The notes under the pieces: model-generated
Told to the model about the DNA's origin: nothing
Seen by the model: only the letters and a program-made list of their open reading frames with translations
The model's database searches: none
In this document: one piece after another, positions 49,048 through 60,700 of the stretch
Layout of the letters: each line of letters opens with the position of its first letter
Numbering within the stretch: position 1 is the first letter of the stretch
Assembly (NCBI GenBank): GCA_028534125.1
Contig: CM052816.1
Coordinates: 19,222,001 to 19,286,000 of the forward strand
Length of the DNA: 64,000 nt
Source: Lama glama
Taxonomy: Eukaryota
Direction of reading: 5' to 3'
Made by a program: the position numbers and the translations under genes

Positions 49048-49337
49048 TCAAATTCAAAAAGACACATGCACCCCAGTGTTCACAGCAGCACTATTTACAA
49101 TAGCCAAGACATGGAAACAACCCAAATGCCCATCAACAGATGAGTGGATAAAGAAGTTGTGGTATATCTGTATAACAGAATACTACTCAGCCATAAAAAG
49201 GAATAAAATAATGCCATTTGCAGCAACATGGATGGACCTGGAGATCATCATTCTAAGCGAAGTAAGCCAGAAAGAGAAAAATAATACCATATATCACTCA
49301 TATATGGAATCTAAAAAAAGAAAAAAGAAGATGCTAA
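49048..49337 (+). mobile_element. Young L1 ORF2 C-terminal fragment, truncated at both ends, with 16-bp TSD
   Basis: Translates as KDTCTPVFTAALFTIAKTWKQPKCPSTDEWIKKLWYICITEYYSAIKRNKIMPFAATWMDLEIIILSEVSQKEK. TSD tgtttcctcctatgac at 49032-49047 and 49338-49353. Confidence 0.92.
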
Positions 49338-49989
49338 TGTTTCCTCCTATGACAAAACCCAAACTGGTAGCAGTACTTACCTGGGGTGGGGACTAGGAGA
49401 AGAGAGGTGCAAACACCAGCATCTGAAGCTTAGAGAGCTTCAGTGACTTTAGCCTTTTCAGTAATTATGTGCTGTGTGTTTGCTTTTTATAGTAAAACTG
49501 TTAAGCATATATAAAAATGGAGAGAACACATAACAAGGTCCCAGGTTTTGTTGCCCAGCTCCCACTATCATCAGCTCCTGACCAGTCTTCTTTCAACTAT
49601 GGCCCCCCCAGTGCCACTCCCCACTATAAAGCAAATCCAAGACAACATATCATCTGTAATGTTCTAAATTTACAAGGAAGCTGTATTTCTATATTGCCTG
49701 AGTAACCAAAAATTAATTAAAAACAATGGAATTCTCAAAGCTATAACTTCTGCGGGTGAGAAGATTCCATCCTTGTTTTTGGTTTGTGACCTGGTCAAGG
49801 CTTTTCTCCTGCCATTTGTGCTAGAACCATGGCTCAGGGGCTGGCCAGGTGGCTGTGCTGGCCCCTTCGGTGGGCCGAGGGCCCAACTAGCACTGGATGT
49901 CCTTGCCAACCTGTTCTAAATGTGGAGGGTCTTGTTACTAATACAAAACCACAGGAATACCTCACAGCTGCACATCAGTTTTTAGGTTC

Positions 49990-50840
49990 TGTTTGGCTTA
50001 GTTTTTTGTTTTTGTTTCTCTTAACTTTTTATTGAAATACAACGTAATGTTTGTGAGCTTCATTCCACATTGATGCATATAGGAGTAGGTTGTTCATTTT
50101 CATTGTAATATACAGTATTCCACCTTGTGAATATATACCATAATTCATTTATCCATTTTACTTTTGATGGGAATTTGCATGGCTTCCTGTTTGGAGCTAC
50201 TATGAACAGTGTTGTTATGGACATTCTAACGTATGTCTTCCAATGTTCATATGTGCGTGTTTCTGTTGAGTGTATACCTAGAATGGAAAGACTGGGTCAT
50301 AAGAAGGCATAGGTTTAACCTTGGTAGACGTGGACAGTTATCTAGAATGTGTAATATTTCTGGTATTCAGTATCCTTGCCGACACCTATGTATTGTCTCG
50401 GTTTGCATGTTTCTTCTACTTTAGTCATTCTGGTAAATGTAGTGTATCTCACTGTGGTTTTAATTTGCATTTCTCTAATGACTAATGAAGCTGAACACTA
50501 TTTCACATATTTTTTTGCCATTTGGATGTTCTCTTTTATGAAGTATCTTTTCAGGACATTTGGATGCCCTCTTTCACAAATTATCTTTTCATTTTCCCAG
50601 TGAATTGTCTTATTTTTCTTATCAACTTGCAAAAGTCATTTATATATTCTGGATGCAAGTCATTTGTCAGATCTGGGTTTTACAAAAGTCTTCTTCCATG
50701 CTATAAATTACCTTTTCACTTTCCTAATGGTGTCTTTTGATGAAGAGAAGTTTGTACATTTAAAATAGCCAAACTTATCAACTTATTTTCTTATATGGTT
50801 GGCAGTTTTGTGTCTCGGTCAAGAAATATTTGCTACACTG
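49990..50840 (-). mobile_element. Old L1 (L1M) ORF2 3' fragment
   Basis: ctcactgtggttttaatttgcatttctctaatgactaatgaagctgaaca; tttatatattctggatgcaagtc. Confidence 0.85.
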
Positions 50841-51419
50841 CTCTCCGTTTTTATGAAGATTCTTTTAAGAGGGAAAAAACCTACTGAAAACTGAGAAAGA
50901 AAAGCCCTAGGAGACCACTAATGGAGCCACCAAGTCAGCAGCTCCAAGAAGCAGTTGATGTGTGGCTGCCTGATTTTTGCAATTCCCTTGTTAGCAGCCA
51001 CTTGTCAGAACCAAGATTTCTCTCACCAGTAAAGATTTACCTCAGACTCATCTCCATCAAGAGAAAAATGTAGAGGTTGAAGTATTTCTTTGATGCTTTA
51101 AAAAAAAATACTGGATATATAACAACATGCCACCAACCAGCAAAGAAAATAAGAGCAAGGGTTCTGGAACTATAATGAATAGCAAGAAAATGCCAGCATT
51201 AAAGCTGAAATGGCTTCCCCAAGGTAAGTGTTTTTAGGAAGAGCAATTATCTTTCAATAGGGGCCCCTTCACTTTGACGAGAGGTCCACATCCTTTCCTA
51301 TATGAAAAGACTTCTAAAAACTTCCACCATGGGGCATTTCTCCCACTGAAAATAATAAATGCAAACATGATTAACACAGCTAGTGGTCTTAACATCACCA
51401 AACATGTCAATCCAAGTAA

Positions 51420-51561
51420 TTTTATTTATTTGTTTATTAATTTGGGGGGGTAGGTAATTAGGTTTATTTATGTATTTATTTTAATGGAGGTACTGGGGAT
51501 TGAATCCAGGATCTCATGCATACTAAGCATGCACTGTACCACTGGGCTATACCCTTGCCCC
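51420..51561 (-). mobile_element. tRNA-Ala-derived SINE (camelid Vic-1-like), long form
   Basis: Reverse complement: gggtatagcccagtggtacagtgcatgcttagtatgcatgagatcctggattcaatccccagtacctccattaaaataaatacataaataaacctaattacctacccccccaaa. Confidence 0.88.
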
Positions 51562-52829
51562 TTAAAAGCATTTTTTGAAATGTTTTTTTAAAGTTCCTTT
51601 AAAATAGCTGTATTTACTGTTTATTCAGCAATAAGTCTGGAAGGTAATAGTGCCCTCCTAAATCCAAACCTCTCCTCACATCTAAAAGCAAAACCAAAAA
51701 ACAAACACACAAACAAAAAAACTAAGATTGTCAAAGTGGGGAAAAAGACAAGAAAAAAAAATCTACACATGACCCACGCCTTCAGCATTACAAAGAGTTA
51801 GATAATACCATCAACTTTTCAATTTACAGGTAAGTAGAGAAATAAACACCAGATTCCAACAAAGCACCAACTAGTGCTGCAAGTCTGTTTGTATAGAGAA
51901 CTAAAAGGCGAGTCTTAAGAAAGTCCATGGGAAAAAGGAAAAGGGAGTGGAGGACATAAAGCATAGACAGAATCATTCCAGAAAAGTCTAACACTGGAGT
52001 CTATTAGACCTCAATAAAGCTGCGGGGAAGAAACACTGAATGCAAAGCAATGAACATGAGTCTGAAACTTAGTAGTTCACAGTATTGCTGCACGAAATGT
52101 TCTTGAAATTGAGTAGGGTCAGAGGTGGCAATGATAGACAATTATGGCTTGTAGAAGAAGGAGGAAATAAAGAAAGAAGAGGTGTTGCCCCTTAGAGGTA
52201 AGGGGTAGTTTTTAAAAAATGGAAGAAAGTAAGAGGGGGAAGCTAAGAATCTTTCAGGAAAAAAAAGAGTGCAAGAAACGAAACACACCACCCCCTCCTC
52301 CTCCCCACTCTCAGCACTACCCATTCAACAACCTGCACTTCACTATACTGACAGAAGAGGGCACTGTTGAAATAGGAACTCTCTCCTCAAAAACGCCTAG
52401 AAGTGGGAGGGGAAGACTAATGCCAGGCTTGGCTACTATAAGAAGGTAAGACAAAATATGAATCAAAACATTTTAGCTAAAGAAAATCTGCCCTCCCCAA
52501 AAAATCAACTATGAAGCGGAAGAAAACTGTAAAAGAAAGCTTCAAGCTGAATTAAATATTATCAAACAAGCATTTAAAGGTTAAAAAAAAAACTAGATTC
52601 ACAAATAAAAACTAAGAATAGAAAAGGACTCAAAAAATCAGGAAGAAATGCAGTGAAAGTTGGTCAAATTCAGGAAAAAAAAATTGAAGAAAAAGTCAAA
52701 AGTATGTCAAAAATAAAGAATAAATTACAAGGTACACAAGAGAAAACAGGTCCAAATAAAATTTTAATAAGAGACATTGAAGAAAGGTAGTAAAATAACA
52801 AAAAAGAATGGAAATGAGTTTAAAAAGAA

Positions 52830-52866
52830 GTGTGTGTATATATATATATATATATATATTTATATT

Positions 52867-52899
<33 letters not shown>
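52830..52899. repeat. (TG)n(TA)n compound microsatellite, two modules
   Basis: Directly visible. Confidence 0.95.
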
Positions 52900-53986
52900 C
52901 AGAGAGAAAGTAGTTGAAATAGAAGGCAGACAATGAAGGTCTAACATATGTATGATTGGAGTCCCTGAAGCAGAAAAATAAAACAATGGAACAGAAATAG
53001 TATTTAGAAATAAAACCCAAGAAAACTTTCCAGAAATAAGATCCTAAATCAACACACTGAAGAGGCTCCCTGTGTGCTTAGAAAATGATCTAGAATAATT
53101 AACTCTGAGATGTTTCCTATTGGATTTTAATGACAAATTAAAAAATCCTTAGGACCTCTATGCAAAAGCATCAAAATTCTTATGTAGGTGAGAAACTCAG
53201 GCTTGCATAAGACTTCCAGGGAGCAACATGAACAACAGGGCCAAACTGAAGCAGCATTTTCAAAACACAAAGAAAGAGTACAAGCCAAGGATTTGACACC
53301 CAGCCTTCAGCTGACCCAACCAAAAGATAACTGGGGGAGCTTCAGTAAAGGGACTGATGATGATCACTTGATACATTTAATTACACAGCTAAGAATAAAA
53401 GAAGATGGGGTTATGGTAATAGAAGAATATATAAACATTATATGTTCTGACCAAGTTTCTAGAAAGAATGTACCTTAAAAATGGGAATAAAGGGAAAAGT
53501 AAAATATGACCACTGATTGTTATTTAGGTAATGGATGGGAGTCAAAGTATACCACTTAAAACTGACAAACCAGATAGTAAAAATTTAAGAAAAGGAGGAA
53601 TTAAGGGCAGTATAGAAGGTATAAATACAAAGGCAACCACTAGTTCAAAAATACAAACCTTTCTAAATACCAAAGAAATTTGTAGACAGCAATGGAAATA
53701 CATCAAACTCAGAAAGAAACTCTGTAAACGTAACATAGTACACACAGTGCCGACGCAGCAGCCCAGCCTCACTTAATGGGGAAACACCAGAGGCATTCCA
53801 ACTGAAGTGAGAACCAGATGCCCACTTTTCCACTACTAACATTTTTACCAGACGTATCAGCTGATGCAATTAGGCAAGAAAAAATAATGAGTCTTGAGAA
53901 TTGGAAAAGACTAAGGAAAGTGAACTCTACTGCTGAGGACATAATAGTATACCCAGAAAACCTAGAGAATAAATGATAAAACTACT

Positions 53987-54488
53987 CAGAATTTCTCAAA
54001 AACTCTGAACTCAAAGCCCCTTTACACTCTTAAAAGTTATTAAGGGTCTCAAAGAGCTTTTATCCCATGAGGGTTGGATCTACTGATATTTACTAGATTA
54101 GAATTTAAAACTGAGAAAATTTTAAATATTTTTTACTTTAAAAGTAACAGTAATAAGCAGGTTAACATAAATAGCATTTTCTGAAAAATAAGCATAGACA
54201 AAAACTTTCAGTGGGAAGAATGACATTGTTTTATATTTTTGTACATCTCTGTGTTGCTGAGCTTAATAGAAACAGCTAAATTTTCCTATCTGTTTCTGCA
54301 TTCAGTCTGTTATTATATCACACATTATATAGCCTCTAGCAAACTCTCACCATACACTCAAGAGAGAATGAAGTTAAAGGGGCAAATTATGTCTTAATAT
54401 TATTCTGAACATTATTTTGACCTTGTGAAGCCACTAAATGGGTCTCAGGAACCTCAAAGGTATTCAGACCACATAGTGAGAGCCACTG
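53987..54488. mobile_element. hAT-Charlie non-autonomous element (MER119-like) nested in L1
   Basis: cagaatttctcaaa...cccctttacactcttaaaagttatt...gaccacatagtgagagccactg. Flanks aaactact/aactaact resemble a decayed 8-bp TSD. Confidence 0.75.
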
Positions 54489-56307
54489 AACTAACTCAAA
54501 CAATAAAATAATTCATCCAGGTAGTAGGATGTAAGACCAGGCTCAATAGCCTTCACAGGCACAAACAGGAACCGGTCATGAGATGTAACAGAAGAGACAC
54601 ACACGTCCTCATGTACAATAGCAGTAGGAAAGACAGAGCACTTAAGAATAAACCTAACAAAAAATGCCCAAAACCCTTCTGAAGAAAACTATAGTCCATG
54701 CCTAAAAACCACAAAAGTAGACTTGAAAAAATGGGAAAGACATCCTTTGTTCATGGTCAGGATATCCCAACATCGTAAAGATGTCAGCTCTTCCTAAATT
54801 AATTTATAAACTTAATATGATCCCAATAAAAAGTCTAAATAGATTTTTTTTCTGTAGGTGGACAAATTGATGGTAAAGTTAATTTACAAAAATTAATATG
54901 TAAGATTAGGTAGGAAAACAGTGAAAAGAGAAGTCACCCTGCCAGATAGTTTTAAATATTACAAAGCCTCTACAATTAAAACAGTATGATAATGGCACAA
55001 AAAGAGACAGACTAATGGAACAGATAACAAAGTCCAGAAATAAGCCAAACTATCTATGGAAATCTAGTGCATATAAAGGTGATATCTCAGCTCACTCAAG
55101 CAGAGACAGATTTTGTAATAAAGGGTATTAATATGCTGAAAATATATTTGGAAAAAATTAAAATTAGTTCCATTACTCACATCACATACAAAAATAAATT
55201 CCAAATTGACTAGAGATCTAAGTGTGAAAAACTACACTACTACCAAAAGAAAACACGACTGAATTCTTCTATAAGAATTATAAATCAAAATCCAGATGGA
55301 GTCAAATTTTTAAAATAATTCTGACTACAAAGTATTCTAAACACCACCCAAGCAAAAACCAAAAGACGAACATCAAACTGGGAGAAATATTTGCAACATA
55401 TATCACAGATAAAGGGCTAATGTACCTTAAAAAGACTTCCAAAAATCCTACAGAAAAATAAGCAAAGACATAAACAGAAAATTTACCAAACAGACTTAAA
55501 AATGCTTCTGAAACCTATGAAAAAATGTTTTCCTTCACACATAATCAGAGAAATGGAAATTAAGAATTACTGAAATAACTGCTTTTCAACCATCAAATCA
55601 GCCAAACTTCAAAATCTTGACACACATCCTGTTGGCAAAGCTGTAAAGAGACAGGTATTCTCATACACTGCTGGTGGGAATGCATTTTGTACAAGCCCTA
55701 TAAAAAGGAATTTGGAACATTAACAAAACTATGTCTTTATTTACTTCGACTCAGCAATTCTACTTCTAAGAAATTACCCTAAAGATACAGGTCCCACGAA
55801 AAGCATATACACACATAAAGTTTATTCATTGCAGCATAATATTGGAAACTACCTTAATTCTCAAAACACAGGAAATGGGTTAAAAATAAACTAATGTAAC
55901 ATACATACAATGGAGTAATAATATGCTGCTATAAAAAAAAGAATGGGAAATCTCTACGAACTGACACATGGAGTGGTTTCTAGAATACATTGTTAAGTGC
56001 AAAAGGCAAGCTACAAAAGAATACTTGTAGTATGTTACCTTTCATTTAAGAAAAAAGGGGGAATAGGAAAACATACATGTGTTGGCTGATGTATGCAAAA
56101 GAAAAAACCAGCACAGGAAGAAAAAAAATCAGATTGGTTACTCTAAGGAATAGAGGAGGAGAGCAAATGAAAGTTATATGGAAAGGTGTGACACTCCTCT
56201 GAGCATACTTTGATATAGCTTTGATTTTTGGAAGCATATCAAAAAATTAAATCAACAAGGATGAGGGGAACAAAAAACTAAAGTTAAAAGGCATTGAAAC
56301 CAAACCA

Positions 56308-56392
56308 GGGGCAGGTGTAGCTCAGTGGCAGAGCACGTGCTTAGTAAGCACGAGGCCCTGGGTTCAACTCCCAGTATCTCCATACAAAAATT
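56308..56392 (+). mobile_element. tRNA-derived SINE (Vic-1-like) with near-intact cloverleaf
   Basis: ggtgtagctcagtggcagagcacgtgcttagtaagcacgaggccctgggttcaactcccagtatctcca; A and B boxes present. Confidence 0.8.
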
Positions 56393-57499
56393 AAATGTTT
56401 TTTAAAAAGTGTGTTTCAGATAAATCTCATCATGAGGAAGCATCTGACAAAGCTAAATTAAGAACCACACTGAAGAAGAAAATAAGAAGTAATCCAAGTA
56501 ATTTTTTTTAACTAAGGACATTAACTACATGGCCTCAGTCTAAAGGGAAAAAGAGCTACAAACAAATCAGGAATTTTTTTTAATTAGGCTTGTTTTTCAT
56601 AGTGGTGTGTGTGTGACAATTTTGAAACTATTTTATCTATATTGTAGGATAGAGGATATGAGTAAACGTGTGATGCTGTTGGGAGCCAGGTTTCTCATTG
56701 TGGAAGAAAGGAGATTCAAATATGGGAAGAGGGGAAGCAATGATAAACATGTAGGATTTGAGGGCAACACCGTGGAATCATGAGGAAAATATGCATGTTT
56801 ACATATGGATGAATGCATAAAAATTTTCAAATATGTAGGCATATATGTATAGGTAACTTTAAATGTGCATATGTATTTATATATTTCAAAGCCAGGATGT
56901 TTAAGTGTGTGTGCATGTATATATAATGTGCATCTCCTATACTTGAAGGGGTCTAGATGCAATGACACTCCAGTGGCATTGGGCACAAACCAAGACTAGG
57001 GCAAAGAAGATACAAGGTACATCTTGCTAATGCCAGAAAGTAAACTCAAAATATTGACAGTAGCATGTCAAAGGGACACAGGAGCCAGGCTGGAAGGGAA
57101 TCTCACTGTCTACATCCAGGAAAATTCCAACATCAAAATAAATAATGATAATTTTGCTTATATCCCATTGAATAAAATAGGGATCTATGAAACTATACTG
57201 ACGAAAGTGCAGCAGAAGCAGAAGGGAGGGGAAGAGGAGAGAATGGAAAGAAAGAAGGAAAGAAGATGGGAGGGAGGGCTCTTCATCAAAGGAGAATATT
57301 GATAAATGTAGAAGAAGTAGTGAAACTGGAAGGTCACCATTCTGTGACCAACACGGTAAAGACTGGCTGGGGAAAGAATCATTGATGGATGGATGCTCAA
57401 CGTGGAGTGGAGAGGACTGGATGAGGAGCAGGATGATACTTGCATGTCCAAGTATCTCCCCACAGGCTGATTATTAGTTACAGGGGCAAAGAGTAACTA

Positions 57500-57714
57500 C
57501 AGCTGACCCTCAAGCAACACAAGTTTGAACTGCACAGGTCCAGCTGTCTCAGATGTTTTTCAATAGTAAATACTACGGTACTCCAAGATCCATGGTGGGT
57601 TGAATTTCAGGATGCAAAATCAAATATACGAAGGACCGACTCTAAATTATACCCAGATCTTCACTGTGTGGCGGGTGGGTGCCCCTAACCCTCACATTTT
57701 CCAAGGGCCAACTG
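57500..57714. mobile_element. Tigger2/MER8-family MITE (TcMar)
   Basis: TIRs CAGCTGACCCT...AGGGCCAACTG, flanked by TA on both sides (57498-57499, 57715-57716). Confidence 0.85.
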
Positions 57715-60700
57715 TACACAGTACAGTAACTAGACAAGAGCTTGGCCAGGAAGCTGAAGTGAACATCAGCAACCCAGGGCAGGGAGGTAGCACGTGCCTC
57801 CAGATATGTCATCTTGAAAGAATACTGCAGGCCAGCCACAGCTGTTTCATCTGAATCTACCCCTGAGAAAACAGCTGGCAAACCCAAACTGAGGAATATT
57901 CTGCATTCTGACCTGTTCTTCAGCAAAAAGTCAGTGTCGTGAAGGACAAAGAAAGGCTGAAGAACAGCCCCAGATTATTAAAGGCTGTTCGAGAGAGACC
58001 TGACAACTAAATGCAGTATGTGCTCATGGACTAGCTATTGCACTGAAAGGAAAAATCTGGAATAGATGCAGGGTTAGGATTAACTATTCAATGGCCAAAA
58101 GTCTTCCAGTTCTGAAGGGAGCTTCTGAAATTCTTGATCTGGCAAATGTCCCCAAGCATTCTTCCCCACGGCCATGTCACCTTCTCCCCTAGAGTCATGT
58201 CACCTTCACTAACGATGAGCAAGTGTTCCAAGGAGGGTAGCCGTCCAGGGCCTGGAGAGGGCAGCCCCAGACTTCCCAACTTTAATCTGTCCAAAGACTA
58301 TGTATAACTTAAGTGCTCCCAGACTTCTACGGTGGATGCACTTGGCAAGAACAGCATAGGACCTCCTGGAGGAGCCTTGGATCAAAGGATGTGGCCTTCT
58401 TCTGACCCTCAGCCAGAATGGACGTGGCCCAAAGGGCAAAAGCCCAAAACTCCCCCAGCTGGAATTCAACGACCTGTGTCGATCTGGCCGCAACCCCAGA
58501 CCTTGCAAGTGCCTGTGATCATCGCCCCAGTCTGGCCAGCCAACAGGAGCTGTCAGCAGACGCCCCAGTGACTCATCCAATATAAAAATGAGGGGAGCGA
58601 GGGGAAATGGGAAACGAGTGATGGTTCATGTTTAGATGCATTTTTCTTCCTGGAGATTTATTCTGGATTATTGCATCTGACACCACTCATATACTGAGAA
58701 TGGCTTTTGTGCCGAAAACAAAAGGAAAATGCAAGAGCACTTTGATTCCATGTTCTATGAGATTTATTTAGTTTGATCACATCTGGCATCAGTTACACCC
58801 ATGGTTCCGTCAGATTGGATTGGTTGAAGACAGGACAGACCAAGCAAGGAGTCTGCATTTTCCACATCTTCAAGTTGCTGCAGCAATTCCAGATTTCACA
58901 ATGTTTCACTCCCACAGCCAGGTGAATACAGAATGATTCCAGTGGGGCAAGCAGGGGTGAGGGGGTGAGAGAGGAGAGGGACATGGAAACCCAGGGAAAG
59001 GGCCTGATGTCCGTGACGACAGCTTTGTCGTCTCCTTGAGTTCTTTCCAAAGTATTTGTTCCTCTGCTCTTGAATCTCATTTGAGGTCAAGATGCAATTT
59101 GGGTTCAAGCTAATAATAAGGGCTTTGATTGCAGGGGTCTGCTTATTGGAATCAAAGCAATGCTCAGCTGCCTGGGCCAAGATCACAGAGAAGAAAAGCA
59201 GGGCTGGATTTTATCTCTAAGATGGGGGTGACCCAGAGCATGGCCTCTCCCAGGGATTAAGTGGCTAATAGCAATGACACTCAATAGCCAGAACAAACAC
59301 TCACTAAGTGATTGCTTGACAACGAGTGACCCAATTGACTGTCTCGAAGTCCATTTTGTCTTCTCCGTCCTCGACAGACACACACTACAATGAATTTCCC
59401 AACTGATCATCACAGCAGAGTCCAGCGTTTTATAAAAACCAGTTCTATCAGCCCCAAATCCAAGTGCCACTACGGCCTCATCGCCTCTCAGCTCTGTGAC
59501 CTGGGAAGGCATCAGCGTCCCCGTGAACAGCTCACTCTCCCAACCAAGAATGTTCCCACTTAAAAGATTCTTCCACGTTTCCTTCTCACTGGCCTCTGGA
59601 ATATGTTGTCTCAGGAGAGGGAAAGTTACAACACATGAACTTGTAGCAGCTGGAGAGGAAGACTGAGGACGACTCAAGAGTCATTCTTCCTCCTTTCAGA
59701 AAGGGTCATTTCCTACCCAGTTACGGGAAGGGTCGAAAGCTGAGGTGCACCTTACAGCAGCCTGGGGTGCAGGAGAGCAGCCGCCATCCCAGGTCAGCTG
59801 TGATAAAGAAGCCGGTAAAGGACCTTCTCTCTTTATTTGCCCCAACTCTGGGGAAAAGCTCACGATTCTAGATGCATAAAACTGGGGAAACGGTCCACAG
59901 CTCAGTCATATGCGGCCACCTCCAAGGTGCCCACCAGGGGCTAGGGAGACAGCATCCGCGCAGTTAGCTGCCGCTGGGTGGGATCACCCAGGGGCGTGAG
60001 AAGACCTGTCTGGTTTGCTGCTGAACGTGAATAGAGACTCAGGAGTCCCGGAGTCTTCCCTCCCCTAGATAATTCTCTTGGCTAAACAGCTTCAAGCTTT
60101 AAGAGCCTGATAAGGCTGCTTACCAGCTAGGTTGCCCCAGCTCTCCCAAGGCAGCTGAATGGCCTAATGTGAGGATACTCTGTGGCCTCAGAAAGAAGTC
60201 CATCTGTCAGGATTCCTCTGGAGAGCATGTGCATGAGCGACAGGGCAGCCAGCTGGCTCCTGGCCATTCCCAGCACAAAGGCAGAGGCAGCGGTGCCAGG
60301 TGTGTTTAAAGTTCCTCATACCTTCCCCCCCCCCCCAATACCTGTGTGATGGACAGTATTGTGGGAAGGCATATTCAGCCAGTAGTGTATTTCTGTCAGA
60401 GCAGCAGGAAATAAAAGGGAGGTGACAGAGGCAGGCTGCTTTTGTGCTGGGGGTAAATAACCAGCTGCGGGGGCTCTTCTCTCCTCTTCATGTTCACAGG
60501 GCTAGGACGACTGGAAATTTACTGACTTCGCTAACATTCCTTCTTCTCCATAAAAATGTGAGTCCTGGCTGAGGAGGATTTCTCTCCCTCCTTTGCTGGC
60601 CAACCTTAGAGATTACAGTGAGCCACTCAGTGGTTACCGACAGCCCAGACCTGGCATAACAAGAAGATTTCTGACTATGGGGCATTGCTCCATATAGAAC

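Larger units (their letters stand above)
51640..58080 (+). mobile_element. Large decayed L1 (L1MC-like): ORF1, ORF2 remnants and 3' UTR, with nested insertions
   Basis: A-rich throughout. ORF1-like ggtctaacatatgtatgattggagtccctgaag. ORF2-like ctgggagaaatatttgcaacatatatcacagataaagggctaat and ctcatacactgctggtgggaatgca. No long ORF remains. Confidence 0.85.

Noticed and set aside
58088..58600. Possible processed pseudogene, with a 12-bp direct repeat catgtcaccttc (58173, 58196)
   Set aside because: No recognisable parent protein, poly(A) tail or TSD.
59183..59677. 164-aa minus-strand ORF
   Set aside because: Starts at TTG rather than ATG, shows no homology I recognise and has no exon signals.
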